Source of the DNA: an uncultured Acidobacteriota bacterium
GTDB lineage: Bacteria > Acidobacteriota > Thermoanaerobaculia > Multivoradales > UBA5704
NCBI GenBank assembly: GCA_963770895.1
Contig: CAVYRF010000001.1
Span: 1,984,001-2,048,000, forward strand
Length of the DNA: 64,000 bases
Direction: 5' to 3'
Shown: positions 40,780 through 50,061 of the stretch, piece after piece
Layout: every line of letters begins with the position of its first letter
How positions within the stretch are numbered: the stretch's first letter is position 1
Notes under the pieces: model-generated
The model's input: only the letters and a program-made list of their open reading frames with translations
What the model was told of the DNA's origin: nothing
Database searches by the model: none
Made by a program: the position numbers and the translations under genes

Positions 40780-43370
40780 AGCCCCAACGCGGCCGGGCGG
40801 CGGCATCGCCGCCCGCGCCACCGTCGCTCCCGTGGGCCCTGTGGCTGGCGCAGGCCTCCGCCGCCCATCCCCGTCTGGCCCTGGGCCTGATGCTGGCGCT
40901 GGTGTCGGCCATGGCGCCCGGCCTCTGGCGCATCCAGCTGCGCACCGACGGCCATTCGCTGGTGCCGCCGCACGATCCGGCGGTGACTGTCGACCGCCAG
41001 GCGCGGCAGGTTTTCGGCCTGCGTGACCCGCTGCTGGTGGCGATCGAAACCCCCACGCCCAACGGGATCTTCGACCCCCACACCCTGCAGCGCCTGCAGG
41101 CCCTGACCCACGACCTGGCGGCGCTCCCCGGCATCGGCCCGGACCACGTGGTGAGCCTCGCCACGGAAAAGAGCCGGCGCTTTGCCGCCGACGGCTTCAA
41201 CTTTCTGCCGCTGCTGGAGCCCTTGCCCTGGACGCCCGCCCGCCGCCGCCAGCTGCAGGAAGAGGTGCAGGCGGTCGACACCTTCCGCGGCACCCTGATT
41301 TCGTTCGACGGCCGAGCCGCGGCGGTGCTCGTCGGCGTGCCGGCGCCGGGACAGCTGGTAGACGGGCACGCCGTCGACCGCGTCCGCCTCTACCACCAGG
41401 TGGCCGCCATCGCACAACGGTACCAGCACGCGTCCGTGCGGCAAGCCGCAAACGATGCCGCGGCGCCACTTCCGGCCGCGGTCACCCCCGACCACCGTGC
41501 CCAGGGCTCCGCTCTGTCCGGCGGTGCCCAGGGCGGGACCACCGGCGATCGGCAACAGGGGGGCCAGGCGGCCAACCGCCCGGTGGGTGAGCGCATCTGG
41601 GTGGTGGGGGCGCCCGCCGCCGAAGCGCTGCTGGGTGAGCACGTGCTCGCCGACCTGGCCCTGCTGCTGCCGCTGGCCCTGATCACCATCGCCACCGTCC
41701 TGTGGGTGGCCTGCGGGCGCACCTGGGGCGCGGCGATCGGTCTGGCGAAGGTGGCCGGGGTGCAGGTCTTCACCCTGGGACTGATCGGCTGGAGCGGCCA
41801 GCCGGTCTACCTGACCACCGCCGTCATCCCGGTGTTGCTGACCACCGTCGGCCTGTCGGACGAGATCCACCTGCTGTGGCACTACCGCCACCGGCCGGCC
41901 GGGCAGCCGCCGGCGGTCGCCCTGGCGCGCGCGCTCCAGGACCGGGTGCCGCCGATCGTGCTGACCTCGCTCGCCACGGCGATCGGCTTCCTGTCGTTTC
42001 TGGCTTCGTCCATTCCGGCGGTGTGGAGCTTCGGCCTCTTTGCCGGGATCGGCGTGCTGTTCTGCATCCTGTGGGCGCTGGTGGCGACGCCGGCGCTGAT
42101 GGCACTACGGCCGGACGCCATTCCGGCGGCCGGTCCCGCCGCCGCCGACCTGCGGCGGGTCCACGCGGCCCTGGCCCGCCTGGCGCAGCCGCGCACGGCG
42201 CTGCCGGCGCTGGCGATCGCCACCATCCTGCTGGTGGCCGGCATCCCGCGCCTGGTCGTTCAGGACGGCTGGATCGACAACTTCGCGCCCGACAGCCCGC
42301 TGCGCCGCGCGTCGGCACGCATCGACCAGCTCTTCGCCGGCACCCACCAGCTGCTCGCCGTGCTCACCTTCGACCCGCCCGCCGCCCAGGTGCCGGCCGT
42401 CCCCGCCGCCCGCGGACCGCTCCTCGCCGGCTCGACGCTTGCCGCCGTCGGCCGCTTCGAACAGGCCCTGCGCGCCCAGCCCCAGGTCGGCGGCGTGCTG
42501 GGGCCGGCCGGCTACCTCACCACCACCGCCTACCTGTGGGCGGGGATGCGCCCGGAAAGCCGCGCGATCATCGACGATCCCGCCTGGATCTATCTCCATT
42601 TCTGCCGCATCGGCACGGTGCGCGGCATGGCGCGGCGGCGGGAGCTGATCGACGCCGGCTTCCGCCGCACCGTCGTCACCCTGCTGCTCAAGCGCGCCAA
42701 CTACCAGGAGACCGCGGCGCTCATCGCCACCATCCGCCAGCTTGAAAAAACCCAGCTCGCCCCGGTCTACGGACGCGTCGACCTGGCCGGCGACGTCGCC
42801 GTGTCGCAGGCGATGATCCCGGCGATCGTCCACACCCAGCTCGCCTCGCTAGCCCTGGCCCTGGCCGGCAGCCTGGCCGTCGTCATGCTGATCTTCCGCT
42901 CCGCCAGGATGGGTCTAGCGGCGGTCGCGCCCACCGCGCTGGCCGTCGCCTGGACCTTCGGCCTGATGGGCTGGCTGGCAATCCCGCTCGGCGTCGCCAC
43001 CTCGATCTTCTGCGCCGTGACCCTCGGCATCGGCGTCGACTTCGGCATCCACCTGTTCCACCAGCTGCGCCGCGCCCAAGCGGCGGGGGAGCCACAGCCA
43101 GGCGCGGCCGCCCTGGCCGCTGCAGGACCCGCCATCCTGATCGACGCCGCCGCGATCACCCTGGGCTTCGGCCTGCTGGCCTTTTCGCGCGTCCCCGCCA
43201 ACAGCCGCTTCGGCTTGCTGGTGGCGGCCGGCCTGTCCAGCGCCTGCCTGCTCACCCTGGCCGGCGCCGGCGCCGGCCTCCTGTTGCGCGACCGCCGTTA
43301 CCAGCCAGCACCGCTTCCGGCGCCTCACCCGCCGCCGCTGGCCGATCGGGCGATCCCCGCCAAACCGTGA
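40776..43370 (+). CDS. MMPL/RND-family exporter
   Basis: Two-fold repeat of TM + periplasmic loop + 5 TM; GLSDEIH, LTSLATAIGFLSF, LGIGVDFGIH. Confidence 0.92.
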   Translation: MKPQRGRAAASPPAPPSLPWALWLAQASAAHPRLALGLMLALVSAMAPGLWRIQLRTDGHSLVPPHDPAVTVDRQARQVFGLRDPLLVAIETPTPNGIFDPHTLQRLQALTHDLAALPGIGPDHVVSLATEKSRRFAADGFNFLPLLEPLPWTPARRRQLQEEVQAVDTFRGTLISFDGRAAAVLVGVPAPGQLVDGHAVDRVRLYHQVAAIAQRYQHASVRQAANDAAAPLPAAVTPDHRAQGSALSGGAQGGTTGDRQQGGQAANRPVGERIWVVGAPAAEALLGEHVLADLALLLPLALITIATVLWVACGRTWGAAIGLAKVAGVQVFTLGLIGWSGQPVYLTTAVIPVLLTTVGLSDEIHLLWHYRHRPAGQPPAVALARALQDRVPPIVLTSLATAIGFLSFLASSIPAVWSFGLFAGIGVLFCILWALVATPALMALRPDAIPAAGPAAADLRRVHAALARLAQPRTALPALAIATILLVAGIPRLVVQDGWIDNFAPDSPLRRASARIDQLFAGTHQLLAVLTFDPPAAQVPAVPAARGPLLAGSTLAAVGRFEQALRAQPQVGGVLGPAGYLTTTAYLWAGMRPESRAIIDDPAWIYLHFCRIGTVRGMARRRELIDAGFRRTVVTLLLKRANYQETAALIATIRQLEKTQLAPVYGRVDLAGDVAVSQAMIPAIVHTQLASLALALAGSLAVVMLIFRSARMGLAAVAPTALAVAWTFGLMGWLAIPLGVATSIFCAVTLGIGVDFGIHLFHQLRRAQAAGEPQPGAAALAAAGPAILIDAAAITLGFGLLAFSRVPANSRFGLLVAAGLSSACLLTLAGAGAGLLLRDRRYQPAPLPAPHPPPLADRAIPAKP

Positions 43371-43410
43371 GCGGCCGGCAGGAGCCCCGCGCCTATGGGT
43401 GCTCCGGCCA

Positions 43411-43688
43411 GCCGCAGGCCGGATGCGCTGGGCCGCACGATAAGGCGTCCCTGCGCCCACCCGATCTCCTTCGAGTCTCCTGCCTCGCGCGCACTGCGGC
43501 CCCCGTGCGCTTCGCACCCCTGCCGATAGCGCCCACCCCATCCGCCTGCCCCACCCAGGGGAATTTGCCCACGCGACCGCGCACTCGCCAAACCCTGATC
43601 CCGCGGTGCGCGCTCCGGCAACAGCCAGCCCCGCGGACATGAATCGGACCGGTTTGCTCGTCCTCAACCCACCCCTGGCGCTGGCCTC
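43411..43688 (+). repeat. Dispersed structured repeat, copy 1
   Basis: TAAGGCGTCCCTGCGCCCACCCGATCTCCTTCGAG...GTGCGCTTCGCACCCCTGCCGATAGC...CAGGGGAATTTGCCCAC...CTCGCCAAACCCTGA...; shared with copies 2-4. Confidence 0.92.
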
Positions 43689-43689
43689 A

Positions 43690-43832
43690 TGGCCGGCGCG
43701 GCCGACGACGGATAGCTCGACGCGGGTGCCGGCCTGGTCGGTCTTGCTACGCCGCATGCGGAACCCACCCTCGACCGGCACCAGGTCCTCGACACGCGCC
43801 GCGGCGACCTCGGAAGGCTCGCGGCCGAGCCA
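43690..43832 (-). pseudogene. Tyrosine recombinase (Cre-like) fragment
   Basis: Reads LGREPSEVAAARVEDLVPVEGGFRMRRSKTDQAG; RRSKTDQ is characteristic of Cre-like integrases. Confidence 0.6.
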
Positions 43833-43974
43833 CTACAAGACGGCAAGACGCAAATGGGGGCCGCGAAACCACGTCGCCGAAAACGAACTGTCTCTAATTT
43901 GCGGTGTTGTGAAACTACCCTTATAGGAACCCCCAGCTATGCCTGCAACCTGGAGGGAGAAAGGGGTGAATGTG

Positions 43975-45108
43975 ATGAAGCGTCCGGTGGGCCTGGCCGC
44001 TCTGGCGGCCTTCACCTGTCTCGCGGTCTGTGCCGTCGCCTGGTGCGCCGAGGGCCAGCCGACCATGGCTGCTCTCCACATCGTGGCGGACCAGGAAATT
44101 CCGCTCGAGCCAAGCCAGGCGCTCAATGTGCGCTGGGCGAGCGACCAGACCGTCTACCTGAGCCGGCTCTATCACGGTGTCACGGAGGTATCCCTCGACG
44201 GCAAGCTGACGCAGCTGCGCCAGCCGGTTCCCGACCGGGCGACCCTTCATGTTCCAATGCATGGGTTCGAGCGCCTGGCCATGTCGCCGCAGTTCTTCCT
44301 CGTCGGCTCGCCGCTGACGGACTATGGCTTCCGGCCGCGGGCGGCCGATGCGGCAGGCACCTTCAAGTTCACCTGGCTGCGCGTCTCGTCGATCGGCGGC
44401 ATCGACCTCTTCGGGAATCGCCTGCTCTTCCTGGGAGACCCGACACCCCGGCGCCTGGAGAGCCTTGAGCCGAGCGCGGGCATCGCCTGGATCGGCCGGC
44501 TCAGCAGCCACCCCGAGCGGGACCTGAAGCCGTTCCTCTACGACATGGCAGGCGCACCGCCCAAGAGCCTCTTGAACTGCATGAACCTGGAGATGGGGGC
44601 GGTGCGCTTCCTGCCGAGCGGTTCCTACCTGGTGGTGCCCGGCTTTCAGGATGGGGTTTTCCTGTACAGCGCAGGCGGAGCGCTCCTCCATCGTTGGAAC
44701 AACGCGGCCGTGGGTCTCGATGCCCCCGATTGCGCCAGCATGGAGCTGGCGCAGGCGCAGCTCTTCGCCGGCTCCTATCTCGCACGGTTTGAGTTTCTCA
44801 ACCGGTACCGGGTGCTGGACGAGATCCTGCCGCTGGCCGAGGGCCCCGGCCTGCTGATCCGCAGCGTCGCGGACGGCGCGGTCCACTGGACGCTGAACGT
44901 CCTTCATGGCGATCAGGTCGACACCTATCCGGTGCCCATCACCGGGAGCGTTCCCTTCGATCGCCTGCGGGCGGATGTGCGCGGCAACCGCATCGTGTTG
45001 CTCCGCACCTGGCACGGCTTTGGAGCCAATCCCACATTCCGCCCGGGGCGCCTCTACGTGGCCGAGATCACCACGCCGGCCAGGTCGGCCATGGAGGCGG
45101 CGCAATGA
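43975..45108 (+). CDS. Secreted protein family A, copy 1 (probable beta-propeller)
   Basis: Signal peptide; RBS AAAGGGG; collinear high similarity to 45954-47081; ATGA overlap with the Cys-rich gene. Confidence 0.85.
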   Translation: MKRPVGLAALAAFTCLAVCAVAWCAEGQPTMAALHIVADQEIPLEPSQALNVRWASDQTVYLSRLYHGVTEVSLDGKLTQLRQPVPDRATLHVPMHGFERLAMSPQFFLVGSPLTDYGFRPRAADAAGTFKFTWLRVSSIGGIDLFGNRLLFLGDPTPRRLESLEPSAGIAWIGRLSSHPERDLKPFLYDMAGAPPKSLLNCMNLEMGAVRFLPSGSYLVVPGFQDGVFLYSAGGALLHRWNNAAVGLDAPDCASMELAQAQLFAGSYLARFEFLNRYRVLDEILPLAEGPGLLIRSVADGAVHWTLNVLHGDQVDTYPVPITGSVPFDRLRADVRGNRIVLLRTWHGFGANPTFRPGRLYVAEITTPARSAMEAAQ

Positions 45109-45668
45109 GGCGCCGACGCCGGCTTTCCGCGCTCATCCGGTGGGCATTTCTGGCGCTGCTACTGCTGGTCCAGGCACAGGTCAGGTCGCGCCCGGCCCTG
45201 GCTTCGGCGAGCGGCTGTGTGCTCGGATCGTTGCGCTGGGGTCCTGGTTACCAAGGGTCGGAGCCGGACTGCTCCGGGGGGAACGGTGGCTGTTACCTAT
45301 GCAGCTACAGCAACACCGGCCAGGATGGTTACACCATCTGCTCCGAGCTTCCGGACGGCAGTGGTTCCTCCTACTGCTCCGACGTCAGTCAGATCCCGGA
45401 TGATTGGCCCCCACCCAACCCGGATGAGCCAGATCCGGACCCGGGCGCGCCGCCACCCGATGCCCCGCCGCCCGACAGTCCGGGGACGGGAGGTGATGGT
45501 GGCGGAGGGGGTGGGGGAGGAGACTGCCTGCCGCCCAAATGCCATGAGGCTGATTGGGTGCACGTGCACACGGCGGTCTCGGCACATCCGTCAAAGCCGG
45601 GTGTGAACCTCTGGCTGGCCGTGGAGACGCTCGGTTCCAGTGACTTGCACCGGCAGCCTGACCGGTGA
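45105..45668 (+). CDS. Secreted Cys-rich protein family C, copy 1
   Basis: Signal peptide ending ALASA; 6-Cys domain; Pro/Asp/Gly linker; DCLPPKCHEAD tail. Confidence 0.8.
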   Translation: MRRRRRLSALIRWAFLALLLLVQAQVRSRPALASASGCVLGSLRWGPGYQGSEPDCSGGNGGCYLCSYSNTGQDGYTICSELPDGSGSSYCSDVSQIPDDWPPPNPDEPDPDPGAPPPDAPPPDSPGTGGDGGGGGGGGDCLPPKCHEADWVHVHTAVSAHPSKPGVNLWLAVETLGSSDLHRQPDR

Positions 45669-45730
45669 CGGCAGGGCGGCGAGCGCCAGCCCCGCCGCCT
45701 GGGTGCCGCCGGCCAGGTGTTCGGAGATGT

Positions 45731-45826
45731 AGGCCGCTATGGGCTGGGCTGCAGCTTAAGGCGTCCCTGCGCCCACCCGATCTCCTTCGAGTCTCCTGCC
45801 TCGCGCGCACCGCGGCCCCCGTGCGC
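45731..45826 (+). repeat. Dispersed structured repeat, copy 2 (5' part only)
   Basis: Matches copies 1, 3 and 4 up to CCCCCGTGCGC. Confidence 0.9.
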
Positions 45827-45953
45827 GCGGATCGTAGCCGGCGAGGGCGGCGGCGGCAAAGGATGGCATTTCGGCCTGTGACGGACCGGTGACGCCTGTC
45901 CCCGACTACGTCCACACGGCAACATAGTAAGTAGTGGAAGAAAGGGGAAAGTG

Positions 45954-47081
45954 ATGAAGCGTCCAATGGGCCGAGCTGCTTTGGCTTTGACGGTCCTCAC
46001 CTGTCTTTCGATGTGCGCCATCGCCTGGTGCCTGGAGGGCCAATCTCCGATGGCCCTCCGCATCCTGTCCACGCAGGAAGTCTCCGCACAACCCAGCCCG
46101 CCGTTGACGGTGCGCTGGGCAACCGACGACACGATCTATCTAAGCCGCCTTCATCATGGGGTGGCGGAAGTGACGCTGGACGGCAAGCTGACGGTCCTTC
46201 GCCAGCCGATTCCGGATCGCGAGACACTTCACGCTCATTTCCCGATGATGGAACGATTGGCGGTGTCGCCCCAATATGTCGCCGTCTCCTCGCTCATGGC
46301 GGACTATGGCTTCCGCCCGCGCGTCGCCACCCAGGGCGCCTACGGCTTCACTCACCTTGAGCTCTGGTCCGTCTACGGGTTCGATCTAGCGGGCGACCGC
46401 CTGCTTTTCCTGGGCGATCCGGTGCGCAGAGAAGCGGCCAGTTGGGAAGATTCAAAGGGGGGTATTGCGTGGATCGGCCCCGTAAGCGCTTACCCCGCAA
46501 GGGACCTGAAGCCCTTTCTTTTTGACGTGCCGGGTGCGCCGTCGCACGGCCTCTTCCATTGCATGAGCCTGGAGTTAGGGGCCGTGCGCTTCCTGCCCGA
46601 CGGGTCCTATCTGGTCGTCCCCGGCTTCAAAGACGGCGTCTACCTGTACAGCCCCGGAGGCACGCTGCTCCGCACTTGGAAAAATGAAGCCGTCGGCTTT
46701 GACGCGCCCGATTGTGCGGGCATGGATGAGAAGCAAATGGGCGAGTTCAACGGCTCCTATCCGGCGCGCTTTGACTTCCTCAACCGCCATCGGGTCCTGG
46801 ACGAAATCCTGCCTCTCCAAGAGGGCCCCGGCCTGCTGATCCGATCCGTAGCGGATGGCAAGGTCGAATGGACCCTCAACGCCCTGCATGGGGATCAGAT
46901 GGTGAAATACGCTGTCCCAATTTCCGGAGACCTCCCCTACGATCGGCTGCGCGCCGATGCCCGGGGCGGGCGCTTGGTCTTTCTTCGCACCTGGCACGGC
47001 TACGGCCCCGCCGCGGCCCATCGTCCGGGCTATCTCTATACAGCGGAACTGGCACCTGCGCGCCCTGCGGTGGTGCAATGA
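45954..47081 (+). CDS. Secreted protein family A, copy 2
   Basis: Paralog of 43975-45108 (YLSRL.HGV.EV.LDGKLT, GAVRFLP.GSYLVVPGF.DGV, LDEILPL.EGPGLLIRSVADG). Confidence 0.87.
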   Translation: MKRPMGRAALALTVLTCLSMCAIAWCLEGQSPMALRILSTQEVSAQPSPPLTVRWATDDTIYLSRLHHGVAEVTLDGKLTVLRQPIPDRETLHAHFPMMERLAVSPQYVAVSSLMADYGFRPRVATQGAYGFTHLELWSVYGFDLAGDRLLFLGDPVRREAASWEDSKGGIAWIGPVSAYPARDLKPFLFDVPGAPSHGLFHCMSLELGAVRFLPDGSYLVVPGFKDGVYLYSPGGTLLRTWKNEAVGFDAPDCAGMDEKQMGEFNGSYPARFDFLNRHRVLDEILPLQEGPGLLIRSVADGKVEWTLNALHGDQMVKYAVPISGDLPYDRLRADARGGRLVFLRTWHGYGPAAAHRPGYLYTAELAPARPAVVQ

Positions 47082-47418
47082 ATCGCGTCTGGTTGCGTCG
47101 CTTCGGCCAGGTGGGTGTCCTGGCCCTGACGCTCACTTTCCGTCTCGGCCTCTCCTCGGCCCCCGAGGCAGGCGCCACCGCGAGTGGTTGCGGGTTGTGG
47201 GGAAACAACCGGACGCCTGAGGCGCGCCGCCGCCAGACGCGCCGCCGCCGGATAGCCCTGGCGATGGTGGAGGAGGCGATGGAGGTGGGGGCGGGGATTG
47301 CCTGCCTCCGGAGTGCCACGAGGCCGACCTCGTGCCCAGGTTCGCCGTGACTTCGGCGCAGCGACAGCCGGCGACGAATCTTTGGTTGTCTTTGGTGCCT
47401 GTGCCCTTCCACCAATAG
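47078..47418 (+). pseudogene. Family C copy 2 with the Cys domain deleted
   Basis: Signal peptide + ASGCGLWG, then in another frame GAPPPDAPPPDSPG..GGGDCLPPECHEAD..NLWL matching the copy 1 tail. Confidence 0.8.
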
Positions 47419-47615
47419 GCGAAGAGGTAGAAGCCCCGGTCGGAGGTGGCGAGCCGCGGGCGAAAGAGCGGGCCTTCGGTCAGGCCTGGAGGGCGCTGCG
47501 GCCGGCGGCTCACCAACCGACCTCGACCCCCTACCCAGCCAGGGCGGGTGGGGGAACTCGGCAGGCCACGGGGGACTGTCGTAGGGCATTACAGCGCCCG
47601 CGGCAGCCGGTTAGT

Positions 47616-48857
47616 TTAGGACGTGCTGCGCTCTTCCGTGTCCTGGGCGGCGGCTTCAGTGCTCACCTGTGGCACCGGCTTCCATCGCTCGTCCAGCTGA
47701 TCCCAGGAGATCTCCCATACCGGCTCGCCCAGCCCACGACCAGCGATGTAAAGGCCGCTGTGGCCGGCGGCGACGGAAAGGCGGCGGTTGCCCGAGGAGA
47801 TTTCGCCCAGCAGCACGCGGTTCAGCTGTTGGGCGGTATGGTCCCAGCAGTCCACGGCCAGTCCCTGAGAGGTCTCCACCACGAGATAGACGCGGTTACC
47901 CTGTGCGGTCATGCCGCGTACCACCCGCACCGCCTGCGAGGCACCCAGCGCAGCGCGGTCGAGCTTGATCCCTTCGGCCTGCGCCCGCTTTTCCATTGCT
48001 TGCCACTCGTCCGCGGAGCGTTCAGCCCAGCGCACCTGGCCGCCGCCCACCGTCACCGACTCCTTGACAGCGCCGGCGGCTGAATACATCTTCAGCGCGT
48101 AGGCATTTTGCTGTGCTACCCAGATCGCACCGTCGCGGCCGGCTGTAAGCCGAGTGTCGCGTTCGGCCTTGGTTTTGAGGAACGAGCCGGGGGAAGGGAG
48201 ATCCGTGCTTTTGTTCTGGTCAAAGCGCAGCGATGGCTGCACTGCCAGGGTTCGCCAGCCCTGATCGTCGAACTGCAAAAGCAACGGTGGCGTGTCCCAG
48301 GTCGGGTCCTTGAAGTTCGAGGATGCGCCGGCGTTCCGGTTGCTGTCGCGCGCCGGTACCACCGCCACGACAGGACCGCTTCTGGTATACGTCAGCGCCG
48401 AAATCATCCAGCCCGCCGCCGGCACTGGCCGGCGTTCGTTACCCCGCAACAGCGATAGATGGCCGTCCGGCGCACTTTCCAGGAGCCAAGCATCGCCGTC
48501 CGGGCTCATCGCCGCATCAGCCACCCAATCCACCGCCACTGCACCCCCGGCAGGCACCGCAGCATGCGCAACCACGATCTTGCCAGAAGGCAGGATCTGG
48601 TCGATCTGCAGGCGATCGCCATGCAGCAGAAAGACCCGCCCTTCGGTGTCCGCCTGCATGAACTGCAACGCCTGGTTGTTTTCAAGCGCCGGATCGCCAC
48701 CGATCTTGACCGGCGCCACACGGTGAAACGAACCCGCGGCTCCCGAGTCCGTGGCTCCCACCGCGGGGAGGGCGATCAGCAGCAACCCGAACCCTATCCT
48801 TGTCCACCCAATGGTGCTGTTCTGGCAGCGCACAGGACGATCGCTCTGTTTATTCAT
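47616..48857 (-). CDS. Secreted protein family B, copy 1 (probable beta-propeller)
   Basis: Signal-like GFGLLLIALPAVGA; aligns along its length with 57375-58517. Confidence 0.8.
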   Translation of the reverse strand: MNKQSDRPVRCQNSTIGWTRIGFGLLLIALPAVGATDSGAAGSFHRVAPVKIGGDPALENNQALQFMQADTEGRVFLLHGDRLQIDQILPSGKIVVAHAAVPAGGAVAVDWVADAAMSPDGDAWLLESAPDGHLSLLRGNERRPVPAAGWMISALTYTRSGPVVAVVPARDSNRNAGASSNFKDPTWDTPPLLLQFDDQGWRTLAVQPSLRFDQNKSTDLPSPGSFLKTKAERDTRLTAGRDGAIWVAQQNAYALKMYSAAGAVKESVTVGGGQVRWAERSADEWQAMEKRAQAEGIKLDRAALGASQAVRVVRGMTAQGNRVYLVVETSQGLAVDCWDHTAQQLNRVLLGEISSGNRRLSVAAGHSGLYIAGRGLGEPVWEISWDQLDERWKPVPQVSTEAAAQDTEERSTS

Positions 48858-48867
48858 ATGGGGCCAG

Positions 48868-49147
48868 AGGCTAGGCCTAAAAGAGCGGCTTACCGTCCGC
48901 GGTTGCGTCCTGCACGGGCTTCCAATGCGCAACCGCCAGGGGTTTTCAACGGGAATCCGCCAAATCCCATCTGTTGCGAGCCGCCCACCAAGCCAGAGCT
49001 GATCCGGCGCCACCGCGGCTCAGCCGCCCGGTTGTTCCCTATAGGTTGTGTTGCCGCAAGGCGCAAATTACGGACATGGCCTCGGCGAGCGGCTGTGCGC
49101 TCAGATCGTTGCGCTGGGGTGGGCCGCAGGCCGCAATATGTGCTGGG
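48868..49147. repeat. Deleted duplicate of the B2 locus (3' end of B2 joined to its upstream region)
   Basis: 48868-49012 matches 57366-57508; 49011-49147 matches ~58641-58781. Confidence 0.9.
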
Positions 49148-49368
49148 TGAGAGCGGTCGCGGTAAACGATGGAAGGCGGGCGTTGGTTGATCAAGATAAG
49201 CGATGGTCGTGGGGTGGCGACCATCAAGTAGCGTGATCGGCAGGGTAGGTCAGCATCATCGGCGCCCGCAGGGCGCCATCCGCTCAAAACAAGGAAGCCC
49301 TCCAGGGGTTGACGCCACCCCCGGAGGGCTTGTCTGCTTTCGTTGTCGACGCGAAAGGAGACGATCCC

Positions 49369-49953
49369 TTGTACCAGACCTTGCTGCGAGATTCCAGCTT
49401 GTTCGAGCTACTGCTGCGCTTCGACGCCGATCTGGCGGCAATGGTTCGCGAGGGCGGATGCGCCGTCTGCGGAGGGGCGCTGCACAGCGCTCGCTACCGG
49501 CGCAAGCCACGGGGCGGTCCCCTGGGGCTCGGGGCCGAGTACGCCTTGCGGCAGAGCTTCTGCTGCGCCACCGAGGGCTGCCGGCGGCGAGCGACGCCAC
49601 CGTCGGTACGGTTCCTCGGCCGCAAGGTGTTCTTCGGTCTCTGGGTGCTGCTGCTGCCGGTGCTTCGGGAAGGGCCGACAGCCGAGCGCCTGCACCGTCT
49701 GGAGGAGGTTTTTAGAGTGAGCCGGCGGACCCTGTTGCGCTGGCGGCGGTGGTGGCGCGAGGTCGTGCCACGGAGCCGATTCTGGCAGTCGCGGCGCGGC
49801 GACTGGGCTTCGCCAGTGCCGCCGGCGGCGCTACCGAGCTCCCTGCTGGCCGGGTTCGAGCACCTTGCCGGGATCGCCGAGCAGGCGTTGTCGGCGCTGC
49901 GCTGGCTGGCGCCGCTCGGCGCCACCGGCAGCTTCTTGGATCACGCTCGGTGA
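49369..49953 (+). CDS. Transposon accessory Zn-ribbon/HTH protein (DUF6431-like)
   Basis: RBS AAAGGAG + TTG; CAVC and CCATEGC; VSRRTLLRWRRWW. Confidence 0.75.
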   Translation: MYQTLLRDSSLFELLLRFDADLAAMVREGGCAVCGGALHSARYRRKPRGGPLGLGAEYALRQSFCCATEGCRRRATPPSVRFLGRKVFFGLWVLLLPVLREGPTAERLHRLEEVFRVSRRTLLRWRRWWREVVPRSRFWQSRRGDWASPVPPAALPSSLLAGFEHLAGIAEQALSALRWLAPLGATGSFLDHAR

Positions 49954-50061
49954 GGTCCGACGCCGACCCGCAGAAGATGCGTCTGGCGGTCGTCGGGCAA
50001 CCGCCGTAGCCTCGGCTTCGCCGGCGAGAAACCCCAGGACGCCGGTTCCGGGAGGCGCGCG

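Noticed and set aside
48858-49013. N-terminal extension of B1 in the ORF track
   Set aside because: It is the duplicated, frameshifted 3' end of B2
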